Origin: a virus
Strand: one strand, 5' to 3'
Virus record (IMG/VR): IMGVR_UViG_3300030328_002122
Coordinates: 32,001 to 96,000 of that record
Length of the DNA stretch: 64,000 nt
The position numbers and the translations under genes were made by a program. How positions within the stretch are numbered: the stretch's first letter is position 1; each line of letters begins with the position of its first letter. Positions 10,447 through 19,988 of this stretch are shown here, one piece after another. The notes under the pieces were generated by a model. It saw nothing but the letters and a program-made list of their open reading frames with translations. It was not told the DNA's origin and searched no databases.

Positions 10447-11226
10447 ATGCCTACCAATGTATATTTCGACACAGGAACAAAACCAGAAAGATCTTTATAT
10501 GAAGATCTTATCATAGAACAATTAAAAATCTATGGTCAAGATGTTTATTATATTCCAAGAAAAATGGCTGATACAAATGATGTTTTTTTAGAAGATGTAA
10601 GTTCTTCTTTTGAAACTTCTTATGTTATCGAAATGTACTTAGAAACAAATGATGGATATGAGGGAGAAAAAGAACTCATGTCTAAATTTGGTTTAGATAT
10701 TCAAGATGATGCAAAATTTGTTGTTGCAAGAAGAAGATGGGAACAATTCGTTGCAATTGATAATAATTTGGTTACAAACGCAAGACCAAATGAAGGTGAT
10801 TTAATTTATTGGGCGAGAGGTAATAAATTATTTGAAATTACTTTTGTAGACCATGATGATCCATTTTATCAAGTAAATGAACTGCCTGCATACAAATTAA
10901 TATGTAAAACTTTTGAATATGGTTCAGAAAAAATTGATACTGGTATTGTAGTACTTGATAATATAGACAAAGATAATAGTTTAGATCAACTTGATAAGGT
11001 ATCATTAGAAACAGAAACAATTCGTCTTTTTCCTTCAACAACTGGTACAGGTGCTATAATTATGGAAAATGATGTTGAGGGTGCTGCACCTTCCTATATA
11101 ATACAAGAAGTTGCTAACATGGGAACAATAGACGAAAATTCACAAAACGATATTTTTGAAACTTTAGATGATAATATATTAGACTTCACAGAAGGAAATC
11201 CTTTTGGTGATGCTGGGATGAGATAA
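10447..11226 (+). CDS. gp14: Neck protein gp14
   Basis: YGQDVYYIPR, MSKFG, RPNEGDLIY, PFYQ; synteny. Confidence 0.92.
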   Translation: MPTNVYFDTGTKPERSLYEDLIIEQLKIYGQDVYYIPRKMADTNDVFLEDVSSSFETSYVIEMYLETNDGYEGEKELMSKFGLDIQDDAKFVVARRRWEQFVAIDNNLVTNARPNEGDLIYWARGNKLFEITFVDHDDPFYQVNELPAYKLICKTFEYGSEKIDTGIVVLDNIDKDNSLDQLDKVSLETETIRLFPSTTGTGAIIMENDVEGAAPSYIIQEVANMGTIDENSQNDIFETLDDNILDFTEGNPFGDAGMR

Positions 11227-11227
11227 T

Positions 11228-12061
11228 ATGATAGGACAATATTTTTATAATCAATCAACACGAAATGTGGTAGTTGCATTTGGTACAATATTTAATACAA
11301 TACAACTACACAAAAAAGATGGAAGTGGAAACATAATACAATCTATGAAAGTTCCTCTTGCATATGGGCCTAAACAAAAATGGTTATCAAGACTTACTGA
11401 AGATCCTAATTTTAGTAAAAAGGTTGCAGTAACATTACCAAGAATTGGTTTTGAGATTTCTGGTATTGCGTATGATCCAGCAAGAAAATTACAAAAAACA
11501 GTTAAAGTTAAAAAGGTTGCAGATGGTGTAGATAATGAACAAGTTAAATCTGGTTTTATGCCTGTACCTTATAATATAAATTTTGATCTATATGTCTTAT
11601 CTAAAAACTCTGATGATGCATTACAAATCGTAGAACAAATACTACCATTTTTTCAACCAGACTATACAGTAACTATGAAAGAAGTTCCAGAGTTAGACAT
11701 AATTCGTGATGTGCCGATTATTTTGAATAGTGTTGGTTACGAAGATGATTATGAGGGTTCTTTTACATCTAGAAGATCTATCATTTACACTCTATCATTT
11801 ACTGCAAAATACTATATGTACGGCCCAGTAACTGCATCTAATGTTATTAGAAGAGTTCAAGTAGATCAATATGCAGACCTTCCAGTAAACGCACCAAAAA
11901 GAGAACAGAGGTATTCTGTAACACCAACTCCAGCAAATGTAGCTCCTGCATCTTTTGATCCATCAGATGAAGATAACTTTGGATTTAATGAAGTAACTTC
12001 ATTTTTCCAAGACGCAAAGAACTATGATGAGAAAACTGGTACAGATACAGAAAATTCATAG
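11228..12061 (+). CDS. gp15: Tail sheath stabiliser/terminator gp15
   Basis: VAFGTIFN, VPLAYGPKQK, TLPRIGFE, QIVEQILPFFQP. Confidence 0.92.
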   Translation: MIGQYFYNQSTRNVVVAFGTIFNTIQLHKKDGSGNIIQSMKVPLAYGPKQKWLSRLTEDPNFSKKVAVTLPRIGFEISGIAYDPARKLQKTVKVKKVADGVDNEQVKSGFMPVPYNINFDLYVLSKNSDDALQIVEQILPFFQPDYTVTMKEVPELDIIRDVPIILNSVGYEDDYEGSFTSRRSIIYTLSFTAKYYMYGPVTASNVIRRVQVDQYADLPVNAPKREQRYSVTPTPANVAPASFDPSDEDNFGFNEVTSFFQDAKNYDEKTGTDTENS

Positions 12062-12063
12062 TT

Positions 12064-12486
12064 ATGAAAACACAATCCGATATTTTAGATAATGTTCTAG
12101 GAATAACAGACGTTGTTGAAAACTCAACAAAAAATGTAACTCCACCTAGAGATGTAGTTGTTCCAGAAACAAAACTAAATGATGAAGATATTGATAATGA
12201 CTATAAGTATCAAAGAGAAAACTTTTACAATTTAATAGAAAGAGGTCAAGATGCAATAACAGGCATTCTTGATCTTGCAAGAGAAAGCGAAACACCTAGA
12301 TCATATGAGGTGGCTGGTAATCTTATAAAACAAGTTGCAGAAGTAAATGAAAAACTTGTAGATTTGCAATTGAAGATGCAAAAATTAAAAGAAGTTCCAA
12401 GTAATGCACCTAAAAATGTAACTAACGCATTGTTTGTAGGAAGTACAGCTGAGTTACAAAAGATGTTAAAAGGTGACAAGAGATAA
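12064..12486 (+). CDS. gp16: Terminase small subunit gp16
   Basis: DYKYQRENFY, PRSYEVAG, NALFVGSTAELQKML; precedes gp17. Confidence 0.9.
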   Translation: MKTQSDILDNVLGITDVVENSTKNVTPPRDVVVPETKLNDEDIDNDYKYQRENFYNLIERGQDAITGILDLARESETPRSYEVAGNLIKQVAEVNEKLVDLQLKMQKLKEVPSNAPKNVTNALFVGSTAELQKMLKGDKR

Positions 12487-12489
12487 ACT

Positions 12490-14127
12490 ATGTCACAAGT
12501 TGACCACTATCTAGGAAATCCTCTATTAAAAAAATCTAATGTTCCTGTAGAATGGACAAAGGATCAGATTCTTGAATATCAGAATTGTATGAAAGATCCA
12601 CTATATTTTATAAGCAATTACATTAGAATTGTATCACTAGATGAGGGTTTAGTTCCTTTCAAGATGTTTCCATTTCAAAAAGAGATGGTTGGTACAGTTC
12701 ATAACAATCGTTTTACAATATGTAAGATGCCTAGACAAAGTGGTAAATCTACAACACTTGTTTCTTACATTTTATATTATGTTTTATTTAACTCAAATAT
12801 GAACGTAGCGATACTTGCAAACAAAGCTTCAACTGCAAGAGATATTCTTGGTCGATTGCAACTCGCATATGAAAATTTACCAAAATGGTTACAACAAGGT
12901 GTAATGTCTTGGAACAAAGGTTCTCTTGATTTAGAAAATGGTTCTAGAGTTGTTGCATCATCTACATCATCTAGTGCAGTTCGTGGTGGTTCATACAACA
13001 TGATATTCCTAGACGAATTTGCATTTGTTCCAAATACAGTTGCAGAGGACTTTTTTAGTTCTGTTTATCCTACAATTTCATCTGGTAAATCAACTAAAGT
13101 TATTATTGTATCTACACCAAATGGTATGAACTTGTTTTACAAACTTTGGGTAGACGCAGAAAACAAAAGAAACTCTTACAATATTATAGATGTTCATTGG
13201 AGTGAAGTTCCAGGCCGTGATGCAAAGTGGAGAGAAGAAACTATTGCAAATACTTCAGAAGAACAATTTCGTAGAGAGTTTGAGTGTGAGTTCTTAGGTT
13301 CTGCAAATACACTTATCGCACCAGCAAAGATAAAATCAATGGCGTTTCATAATGCTATAAAAACAAATGCTGGATTGGATATGTTTGAAAAACCGAAAAA
13401 AGAAAATACTTATATTATAATCGCAGATGTTTCTAGGGGAACAAACAATGATTATTCTGCATTTGTAGTTTTTGATGTATCTACTGTACCTTATAAAATA
13501 GTTGCAAAGTATAGAAATAATGCAATAAAACCACTACTCTTTCCTAATATTATACATGACGTTGCAGTTGCATATAACCAAGCCTATACTTTAGTAGAAG
13601 TAAATGATATAGGAGAACAAGTCGCAACTGCACTACAGTTTGATTTAGAATATGAAAATCTTATTATGGCATCTATGCGAGGTAGAGCTGGTCAAATTGT
13701 TGGGGGTGGGTTTTCTGGTGGAAAAGCACAACTTGGTGTGAGAACAACTAAAGCAGTAAAAAAGATGGGTTGTTCTAATCTAAAACAAATAGTAGAAACT
13801 GATAAGTTAATTATTAATGATTATGATTTAATTAAAGAGTTTTCTACATTTATACTTAAAGGACAATCATATGAAGCAGAAGATGGACACACAGACGATT
13901 TAGTTATGTGTTGTGTTTTATTTGGTTGGTTAGTACAACAAACTTACTTTAAGGAACTAACAGATGATGATATTCGTGAGAGAATGTATAAAGAACAACA
14001 AAACCAATTAGAACAAGATATGGCTCCTTTTGGATTTATATTAGATGGTGTAAATAATGATGTTGAAATTGATGAGTATGGAACAAGATGGACACCTGTA
14101 GTTAGAACATATGAAACAGATTGGTAA
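12490..14127 (+). CDS. gp17: Terminase large subunit gp17
   Basis: Walker A PRQSGKST, Walker B IFLDEFAF, nuclease ADVSRG...DYS and DDLVM. Confidence 0.96.
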   Translation: MSQVDHYLGNPLLKKSNVPVEWTKDQILEYQNCMKDPLYFISNYIRIVSLDEGLVPFKMFPFQKEMVGTVHNNRFTICKMPRQSGKSTTLVSYILYYVLFNSNMNVAILANKASTARDILGRLQLAYENLPKWLQQGVMSWNKGSLDLENGSRVVASSTSSSAVRGGSYNMIFLDEFAFVPNTVAEDFFSSVYPTISSGKSTKVIIVSTPNGMNLFYKLWVDAENKRNSYNIIDVHWSEVPGRDAKWREETIANTSEEQFRREFECEFLGSANTLIAPAKIKSMAFHNAIKTNAGLDMFEKPKKENTYIIIADVSRGTNNDYSAFVVFDVSTVPYKIVAKYRNNAIKPLLFPNIIHDVAVAYNQAYTLVEVNDIGEQVATALQFDLEYENLIMASMRGRAGQIVGGGFSGGKAQLGVRTTKAVKKMGCSNLKQIVETDKLIINDYDLIKEFSTFILKGQSYEAEDGHTDDLVMCCVLFGWLVQQTYFKELTDDDIRERMYKEQQNQLEQDMAPFGFILDGVNNDVEIDEYGTRWTPVVRTYETDW

Positions 14128-14427
14128 TCACATAATTTCTATTAAATCATTTTCTAGTTTTAAATAACAATTTGCACAAACAATTTCACTTTCTTTAATA
14201 AGATCCATAACTTCACTTCTAGAGTTTGGGTTTAATCCTTTTCTTTTAGTTAATCTTCTAATGTGTATATCATAAGGATGAAACTTTAAACACGCAGTTT
14301 CAGGCTCACCACAGTATCTACAGTACTTATCTGCAAGATATTCATGCACCCATATTACTCTTGCTCTATAATTTCTTTGAGAAACCTGTCTAATTGTCTT
14401 TCTGTATTTTTCGTAGAACGTACTCAT
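14128..14427 (-). CDS. HNH-like zinc-binding protein, apparently degenerate active site
   Basis: CRYC...CLKFHP...VCANC; fills the gp17-gp18 gap; own TATAAATA on the minus strand. Confidence 0.65.
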   Translation of the reverse strand: MSTFYEKYRKTIRQVSQRNYRARVIWVHEYLADKYCRYCGEPETACLKFHPYDIHIRRLTKRKGLNPNSRSEVMDLIKESEIVCANCYLKLENDLIEIM

Positions 14428-14432
14428 GCGAA

Positions 14433-14440
14433 TATTTATA
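14433..14440 (-). promoter_or_regulatory. Late promoter TATAAATA for the minus-strand HNH-like gene
   Basis: tatttata on + strand, 5 nt from the ATG at 14427. Confidence 0.6.
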
Positions 14441-14482
14441 TGTACCCTAGCATATAAATTTCAATCTGAAAAAGGGTTATTT

Positions 14483-14490
14483 TATAAATA
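14483..14490 (+). promoter_or_regulatory. Late promoter TATAAATA for gp18
   Basis: Exact consensus upstream of AAGGAG and ATG 14535. Confidence 0.8.
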
Positions 14491-14534
14491 TAGTTGTAAG
14501 TTTAAAACTTTATGGATCATAAGGAGAAAAAAAT

Positions 14535-16508
14535 ATGGCTTTTCAAGTTTCGCCTGGTGTGGTCACAAAAGAAGTTGACAAAACTAATGTTGTTCCTCCA
14601 GTAAGTTCTGGTATAGGTGTAATGGTTGGACATTTTTCCAAAGGCCCTGTAGAAGAAATTACTATAATAAATTCAGAGGAAGAACTGGTTAACACTTTTG
14701 GTAAACCAAATTCTGATAATTATGAAGATTGGTTTACAGCCGCAAACTTTTTACAATACTCTAGTAATCTTAGAGTAATTCGTGCAGACGCAGCTGCAGC
14801 TAAAAATGCAGTTGGTGCTGGAGCTGCAAAAGATATAAAAAATAGAGCAGACTATGATACTAATGGTGCAGCTGGTAGTGTCTGGACAGCAAAAACAATG
14901 GGTGCTCATGGTAATGCATTAAAAGTATCAATATGTGCAGGCGCTAATGGTTTTTCACAAAAATATGCTGCTGGAACAGGTGGTGTCAATGGTGCAAAAG
15001 CTGTTGGTGTTACCACAGTTACAGTAGATAGTGGTACTAAATTCAACGTAGGTGATATTATCACTTTTGATGGAACTAGTGGTGCTGATACTGGTCACTC
15101 TACAAAATATGAAGTAACAGATATTAATGGTGCTGATCTTACTATTAGACAATCAGATCAAGTAAATGGTGGTGGATTAACATCAGCTGTTCTTGATAAT
15201 GAAGAAATAACAAGACGTTGGAAATTTCATGACTTATTTGATTCTGCTCCTGCTACATCAACATGGGCTGCAGATAAAGGTTATGTAAATGATGAATTGC
15301 ATATTGTTGTATATGATGGAACTGGTGCAATTACTGGTTTTGATGGAGATGCTGCTGGACAAAGAACTGCATCTGTATTAGAAACATTTGGATTTGTATC
15401 ACAAGCTGGTATTGCAAAAACATCACAAGGTGGTTCTAATTTTTATGTAAATGTAATAAATGATACTTCTAAGTACATATATTGGGGTAGTCATCATAGT
15501 TCTATTAGTACTGATGCTGGTAAGAGTACACCAACTGATGGTACTACTTATGTACAACCATCTGATAATGCACAAGTAATTGATACTATTTTATCAAATG
15601 GTACAGATGGTAGTGCTCCAAGTGTAGGTGAAAAGAAAACTAGTTTAGATTTAATCGACAACGATACAACTGAAGTAGATTTAATTATGGCTGGTTCTTG
15701 TGGTGCTGGTGCAGATGGTGTTACTCATGGACAAAATGTGGTTGCACTTGCAGAATCAAGAAAAGATGCAGTTGCATTTATTTCACCAAGATCTGCTGAT
15801 GTTGTTGGTGGTGCAACTAATTCTGCAAAAACTACATCAGTAACTACATTCTTTGGTAATCTAAACAGTTCATCTTACTGTGTATTTGATAGTGGTTATA
15901 AGTATATGTTTGACAAGTATAATGATGTTTACAGATATGTTCCACTCAATGGTGACATTGCTGGAATTACTGCAAATACTGATCTTGTTGCTGACGCATG
16001 GTTCTCTCCTGCTGGTTATAACAGAGGTGGAGTTCGTGGTACAACCAAACTTGCGTTTAATCCATCAAAAGCAGAAAGAGATTTACTTTATCAAAACAGA
16101 ATAAATCCTGTATGTACATTTCCAGGCCAAGGTACAGTTCTTTTTGGAGATAAAACTGCTCTATCAAGACCTAGTGCATTTGACAGAATTAATGTACGAA
16201 GATTATTTCTTGTACTTGAGAAAGCAATTTCAAACGCTGCTAAGTATCAAATGTTTGAGTTCAATGATGCGTTCACAAGAGCTCAGTTTGTTAACCTAGT
16301 AGAACCTTTCTTGAGAGATGTACAAGGAAGAAGGGGTATTAGTGATTTCTCTGTAATTGCAGACGAAACAAATAATACTGGAGAAGTGATTGACAGAAAT
16401 GAGTTTGTCGGAGATATCTTTGTCAAACCAGCAAGGTCAATTAACTTTGTTCAACTTAACTTCATCGCTGTGCGAACTGGTGTCGCTTTCAGCGAGATAG
16501 GCGGATAA
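14535..16508 (+). CDS. gp18: Tail sheath protein gp18
   Basis: MAFQVSPGV..KEVD, WFSPAGYNRG, FDRINVRRLF, KPARSINF. Confidence 0.97.
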   Translation: MAFQVSPGVVTKEVDKTNVVPPVSSGIGVMVGHFSKGPVEEITIINSEEELVNTFGKPNSDNYEDWFTAANFLQYSSNLRVIRADAAAAKNAVGAGAAKDIKNRADYDTNGAAGSVWTAKTMGAHGNALKVSICAGANGFSQKYAAGTGGVNGAKAVGVTTVTVDSGTKFNVGDIITFDGTSGADTGHSTKYEVTDINGADLTIRQSDQVNGGGLTSAVLDNEEITRRWKFHDLFDSAPATSTWAADKGYVNDELHIVVYDGTGAITGFDGDAAGQRTASVLETFGFVSQAGIAKTSQGGSNFYVNVINDTSKYIYWGSHHSSISTDAGKSTPTDGTTYVQPSDNAQVIDTILSNGTDGSAPSVGEKKTSLDLIDNDTTEVDLIMAGSCGAGADGVTHGQNVVALAESRKDAVAFISPRSADVVGGATNSAKTTSVTTFFGNLNSSSYCVFDSGYKYMFDKYNDVYRYVPLNGDIAGITANTDLVADAWFSPAGYNRGGVRGTTKLAFNPSKAERDLLYQNRINPVCTFPGQGTVLFGDKTALSRPSAFDRINVRRLFLVLEKAISNAAKYQMFEFNDAFTRAQFVNLVEPFLRDVQGRRGISDFSVIADETNNTGEVIDRNEFVGDIFVKPARSINFVQLNFIAVRTGVAFSEIGG

Positions 16509-16520
16509 GGGAGATAAAAG

Positions 16521-17045
16521 ATGGCTAGTATAGACGATTTTAAATCCAACCTTATCGGTGGTGGTGCAAGAGCAAATCAATATAGAGTTGTAATGACAAC
16601 GCCCACAACTATCACAACTGGATTGGATGCAGTTAGAACACAATTTTTAGTCAAGGCAACATCTTTGCCTGGACAAACGATACCAGAAGTAACAGTAAAC
16701 TTTAGAGGTAGACAACTATTTCTTGCTGGAGATAGAACCTTTGAAACATGGACAACTACAATAATCAATGATACTGATTTTATGGTTAGAAATGCAATGG
16801 AAAGGTGGATGAATGCTATAAATGATCTTGAAGCAAATACTGGATTAGTAAATGTTTCTGATTATACTGCTGATTTAAGAGTTGAACAGTTAGACAGAGC
16901 AGATAATATTCTGAAAAGATATATTATCAGAAACTGTTGGCCAACAATTCTTGCACCAGTAGATTTATCATACGACACAGTAAGTGATATTGAAACCTTT
17001 GATGTAACATGGAGATATACTTCATTTACTGCAAGTGATATCTAG
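16521..17045 (+). CDS. gp19: Tail tube protein gp19
   Basis: GGGARANQY, FRGRQ..LAGDRTFETW, R.AMERW. Confidence 0.95.
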   Translation: MASIDDFKSNLIGGGARANQYRVVMTTPTTITTGLDAVRTQFLVKATSLPGQTIPEVTVNFRGRQLFLAGDRTFETWTTTIINDTDFMVRNAMERWMNAINDLEANTGLVNVSDYTADLRVEQLDRADNILKRYIIRNCWPTILAPVDLSYDTVSDIETFDVTWRYTSFTASDI

Positions 17046-17093
17046 TTAATTTATCCTACTAAATAGTTGGGTATTAACTAGGAGAATTATAGT

Positions 17094-18620
17094 ATGGCTG
17101 AACTTTTCGGTTTCAGAATAACAAGAGCGAATCAAGATTTGGGGAAGGACTCGATAACGAATCCTTCTCCAGATGACGGCTCCTATGACATATCTGGTGG
17201 GGGATTTTATTCCTCTATTTTAGATATAGCTGGTAGAGATCGTAATGATCTTGATTTAATCAATAGATATCGTTCAATTGCACAACAACCAGAGTGTGAT
17301 AGTGCAATTGAGGATATAGTGAACGAGTCTATTGTATCAGATGAAAAAGGACAATCTGTTTCTCTTTCAATGGATAGACTTAACCTTTCCCAAACAATTA
17401 AAAATAAAATTCGTGAAGAGTTTAATGAAGTATTGCGTCTTTTAGATTTTAACGAAAAAGGACATGATATATTCAGAAGATGGTATATTGATGGTAGACT
17501 ATATTATCATAAGATCATTGACACTAAAAATACAAAAAAAGGTATTCAAGAAGTACGTTATATAGATCCAAGAAAAATTAAAAAGGTTCGTGATAAAAAA
17601 ATAGAAAAAGATCAAAGAACTGGAATAGATGTTATTAAACAAATAGAAGATTTTTATCTATATAATGAACAAGGACTAGATCAAGCAACTGGTACTAGTA
17701 CTGGTGTAAAACTTACAGCAGACTCTATATCATACTGTCCATCTGGACTTATTGATATGTCAAGAGGAAATGTATTATCACATTTAAATAAAGCAATTAA
17801 ACCAGTAAATCAGTTACGCATGATAGAGGACGCATTAGTAATTTATCGTATATCAAGAGCTCCAGAAAGAAGAATATTTTACATTGATGTGGGAAATCTT
17901 CCTAAAGTAAAAGCAGAAGCTTATCTAAAAGATGTAATGAATCGTTACAGAAACAAACTAGTATATGACGCAAAAACTGGTGAGATTCGTGACGATAGAA
18001 ATCATATGTCAATGTTAGAGGATTTCTGGTTACCAAGAAGAGAAGGTGGAAGGGGTACAGAGATTACCACACTTCCAGGCGGATCTAATCTTGGTGAAAT
18101 AGATGATATACAATATTTTCAGAAAAAACTATATCGTTCATTAAATGTGCCCGTATCCAGACTTGCAGAAGAAACAGGATTTCAAATAGGACGTTCTGAT
18201 AACATAACAAGAGATGAACTTAAATTTACAAAGTTCGTACAGAGATTGCGTAAAAAGTTTTCTAACCTATTCTGTGATATGTTAAAAACTCAACTTGTAC
18301 TTAAAGGTGTAATTGCAGTTGAAGAATGGCCCTCAATAAAAGAGTTATTGCAATTTGATTATTTACAAGATGGTCATTTTACAGAACTTAAAAACGCAGA
18401 ACTTATGCAAAATCGTTTGGATATGTTAGGTACGATAGAATCGTATGTAGGTACATATTTTTCTAAAGAATATGTACGAAAACATATTCTTAGAATGAAT
18501 GATGATGAAATACAAGAAATAGAAGATCAAATTAAAGATGAAGAAGGTGGAGAAAATGGTGATCCAGACACAGATGGTATGTTTGCAACCAATGAGCCTT
18601 CTGAAGGAGAAAAAGAATGA
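17094..18620 (+). CDS. gp20: Portal protein gp20
   Basis: YRISRAPERRIFYIDVGNLPK, MLEDFWLPRREGGRGTEITTLPG. Confidence 0.97.
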   Translation: MAELFGFRITRANQDLGKDSITNPSPDDGSYDISGGGFYSSILDIAGRDRNDLDLINRYRSIAQQPECDSAIEDIVNESIVSDEKGQSVSLSMDRLNLSQTIKNKIREEFNEVLRLLDFNEKGHDIFRRWYIDGRLYYHKIIDTKNTKKGIQEVRYIDPRKIKKVRDKKIEKDQRTGIDVIKQIEDFYLYNEQGLDQATGTSTGVKLTADSISYCPSGLIDMSRGNVLSHLNKAIKPVNQLRMIEDALVIYRISRAPERRIFYIDVGNLPKVKAEAYLKDVMNRYRNKLVYDAKTGEIRDDRNHMSMLEDFWLPRREGGRGTEITTLPGGSNLGEIDDIQYFQKKLYRSLNVPVSRLAEETGFQIGRSDNITRDELKFTKFVQRLRKKFSNLFCDMLKTQLVLKGVIAVEEWPSIKELLQFDYLQDGHFTELKNAELMQNRLDMLGTIESYVGTYFSKEYVRKHILRMNDDEIQEIEDQIKDEEGGENGDPDTDGMFATNEPSEGEKE

Positions 18621-18793
18621 GTGTAAGAGATTTCGTAGATTCGATTGCAAGTGGTGATAACTTATCAGCAGAAACACATTTTACAGGCGCTTTGTCTGCA
18701 AAGGTTGGTGATGCATTAGAAACTAAAAGAAAAGATGTTGCAAAAACATTTGTAAAACATCACATATCAGATTCAGAGGAAAATGGTGAGTAA
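18617..18793 (+). CDS. Small prohead core protein (gp67-position), 58 aa, absent from the ORF track
   Basis: ATGA overlap with gp20 stop; AAGGAG RBS; MSVRDFVDSIASGDNLSAETHFTGALSAKVGDALETKRKDVAKTF. Confidence 0.7.
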   Translation: MSVRDFVDSIASGDNLSAETHFTGALSAKVGDALETKRKDVAKTFVKHHISDSEENGE

Positions 18794-19034
18794 ATCTTTT
18801 GAAAAGTTTAGGGTAAATTTGCCTGAAAAAGACGAATATAAAACGTCAAAACAGTATAAGAAACTTTCTCCGAAAGTTAAAGAGGCTGTTGACGCAATCT
18901 TTAAGGAAATGGAAGTAAAACCTTCAAATTTCCTAAATACTTTTGAGAAAACAATAACAAATGTCGCAAAAAAATTCAAAGTACCAGAAAAGAAACTAAT
19001 GGATTATTTTGAATCAGAAGTTTTGACAGTATAG
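18783..19034 (+). CDS. Hypothetical head-cluster protein
   Basis: GAGG RBS; located between portal and protease. Confidence 0.6.
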   Translation: MVSKSFEKFRVNLPEKDEYKTSKQYKKLSPKVKEAVDAIFKEMEVKPSNFLNTFEKTITNVAKKFKVPEKKLMDYFESEVLTV

Positions 19035-19046
19035 GGATATAGAACA

Positions 19047-19286
19047 ATGAGAGTAATTGGAGCCACAGAAAGTTTAAATGGATCGACTACAAAATTCAAA
19101 ACTGTTGGAGCGGTTTGGGTGTATCATACAAGTGCAGTAACAGTAACAGTTCGTAATGCAGCTGATGATGCAGATATTGGAGTAATAAAACTTCCAGCTG
19201 GTGGAAAAATAATTACTTTAGGTGTCGGTGAAGGATTACGTGCTGGTTCTGGTGAAGGAACACCTGTAGTCGCTTCTGGATTTTAA
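19047..19286 (+). CDS. Hypothetical small beta-rich protein
   Basis: Fills the gap before gp21; GGGA RBS-like. Confidence 0.55.
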   Translation: MRVIGATESLNGSTTKFKTVGAVWVYHTSAVTVTVRNAADDADIGVIKLPAGGKIITLGVGEGLRAGSGEGTPVVASGF

Positions 19287-19296
19287 GGAGATAAAC

Positions 19297-19944
19297 ATGA
19301 AACTTATTGCAGAAGAAATCCAAGAAGTAGAGTATATTGTAGAAGAGAAAGAGGACGGAAAAAAAGACATGAAGATTCGTGGAATTTTCATGCAAGCAGA
19401 TATGAAGAATAGAAATGGTAGAGTATATCCTCTATCTGTTTTACAAAAAGAAGTAAAACGCTATAACAAAGAATTTGTTGCTGAAGGTCGTGCATTTGGT
19501 GAGCTCGGACATCCAGAGGGCCCAACTGTCAACTTGGACAGAGTTTCGCACATGATAACTAAACTTGAAGCTGATGGAAAGAACTTTGTTGGTGAAGCAA
19601 AATTGCTTGGAACACCAATGGGGGAAATTGCGAAAGCACTTATTAAAGATGGTGGAAAACTTGGTGTTTCATCAAGAGGCATGGGTTCTCTAGAGTCTAA
19701 AGGTGGTGCGAATTATGTGAAAGATGACTTCTACTTGGCTACTGCAGCCGATATAGTTGCAGACCCATCTGCACCTCAAGCCTTTGTTGAAGGTATTATG
19801 GAAGGTAAAGAATGGGTATGGTCAAATGGCATACTCAAAGAAGTTGAGATAGCGGAAATAAAAGAAGGAATCGAAAGAGATACTCGTTCAAGAAAGGCGA
19901 AAGTGGAAGCACTTGCGTTAGCGAAATTTCTTAAAAGTTTGTAA
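19297..19944 (+). CDS. gp21: Prohead protease gp21
   Basis: NRNGRVYP, GELGHP, GVSSRGMGS, DIVADPSAP.AFV. Confidence 0.96.
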   Translation: MKLIAEEIQEVEYIVEEKEDGKKDMKIRGIFMQADMKNRNGRVYPLSVLQKEVKRYNKEFVAEGRAFGELGHPEGPTVNLDRVSHMITKLEADGKNFVGEAKLLGTPMGEIAKALIKDGGKLGVSSRGMGSLESKGGANYVKDDFYLATAADIVADPSAPQAFVEGIMEGKEWVWSNGILKEVEIAEIKEGIERDTRSRKAKVEALALAKFLKSL

Positions 19945-19947
19945 TAT

Positions 19948-19955
19948 TATAAATA
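19948..19955 (+). promoter_or_regulatory. Late promoter TATAAATA for gp22
   Basis: Exact consensus in the intergenic gap. Confidence 0.8.
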
Positions 19956-19988
19956 TGTATAGAAATCAAAGTCAAGGAGAACTGTCCA

